Source: Octopus bimaculoides
Lineage: Eukaryota
NCBI RefSeq assembly: GCF_001194135.2
Contig: NC_068984.1
Coordinates: 127,643,683 to 127,707,682, forward strand
Direction of reading: 5' to 3'
DNA: 64,000 bases
Shown here: piece after piece, positions 63,610 through 64,000 of the stretch
How positions within the stretch are numbered: the first letter of the stretch is position 1
Layout of the letters: each line of letters starts with the position of its first letter
Position numbers and translations under genes: made by a program
The notes under the pieces: model-generated
Database searches by the model: none
Told to the model about the DNA's origin: nothing
Seen by the model: the letters and a program-made list of their open reading frames with translations, nothing else

Positions 63610-63800
63610 GGATAGTAGACTGGCAAAATCATTAGTGTTGGACAAAATGCCTTGCTGTATTTAGTCGTGATCCTTTATGTTCTGAGTTCAAATTTCTCCA
63701 AGCTCAACATTGCCTTTCATCCTTCTAGGGTTGATAAAATAAAGTTCTAACCAACTATACTTCCCACCCAATTATAAGGCCTTGTGCCTATGTTAGAAAT
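63610..63800 (+). mobile_element. SINE family B
   Basis: ctggcaaaatcattag...gttctgagttcaaatttc...gcctttcatccttctagggttgataaaataa...ccttgtgcctatgttagaaa. Confidence 0.75.
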
Positions 63801-64000
63801 GAATACTATTTTATAGCTACTATATTTAATTGTATATAAGACATTGGAAAGATGATCTTTAATCCGTTTCAGTCATTAGACTGCAGCCATGCTGGGGACA
63901 CTACCTTGAAGAACTTTTTAGTTGAATAAATTGACCCCAATACTTTTGTTTTCAAGCTTTGTACGTATTCTATTGGTCTTTTTTGCCAAACAGCTAGGTT

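Overview
AT-rich, gap-riddled eukaryotic draft-assembly DNA. By inference it is coleoid cephalopod, most likely Octopus, judged from the tRNA/CORE-type SINE families, RTE/CR1/Dong LINEs and very high microsatellite density. I recognise no complete protein-coding gene, tRNA, rRNA or CRISPR array, so the window looks intronic or intergenic. It is dominated by at least four SINE families, truncated LINEs (CR1, RTE, R4/Dong), non-autonomous DNA transposons (hAT, piggyBac-like, Tigger/pogo, mariner, Helentron-type) and simple repeats. Almost all ORFs in the supplied track are microsatellite, SINE or N-gap artefacts. Most notable: (1) three minimal type-I hammerhead-ribozyme motifs of Penelope-like type at 42.1-44.8 kb, one with a greatly extended helix II and two in a ~108-bp inverted repeat; (2) a recursive-splice-site / cryptic RS-exon motif at 19.65-19.73 kb; (3) one SINE head carrying two alternative tails whose apparent LINE donors (CR1 and RTE) are both in the window; (4) a 118-bp satellite whose monomer includes the RT YLGS motif of the adjacent LINE; (5) a same-strand pile-up of 10 or more SINEs in (TAA)n tracts; (6) a candidate signal-peptide first exon on the minus strand at 49.4-49.5 kb. 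Family names are by eye and need Dfam/Repbase confirmation. Coordinates of degenerate repeats are approximate.
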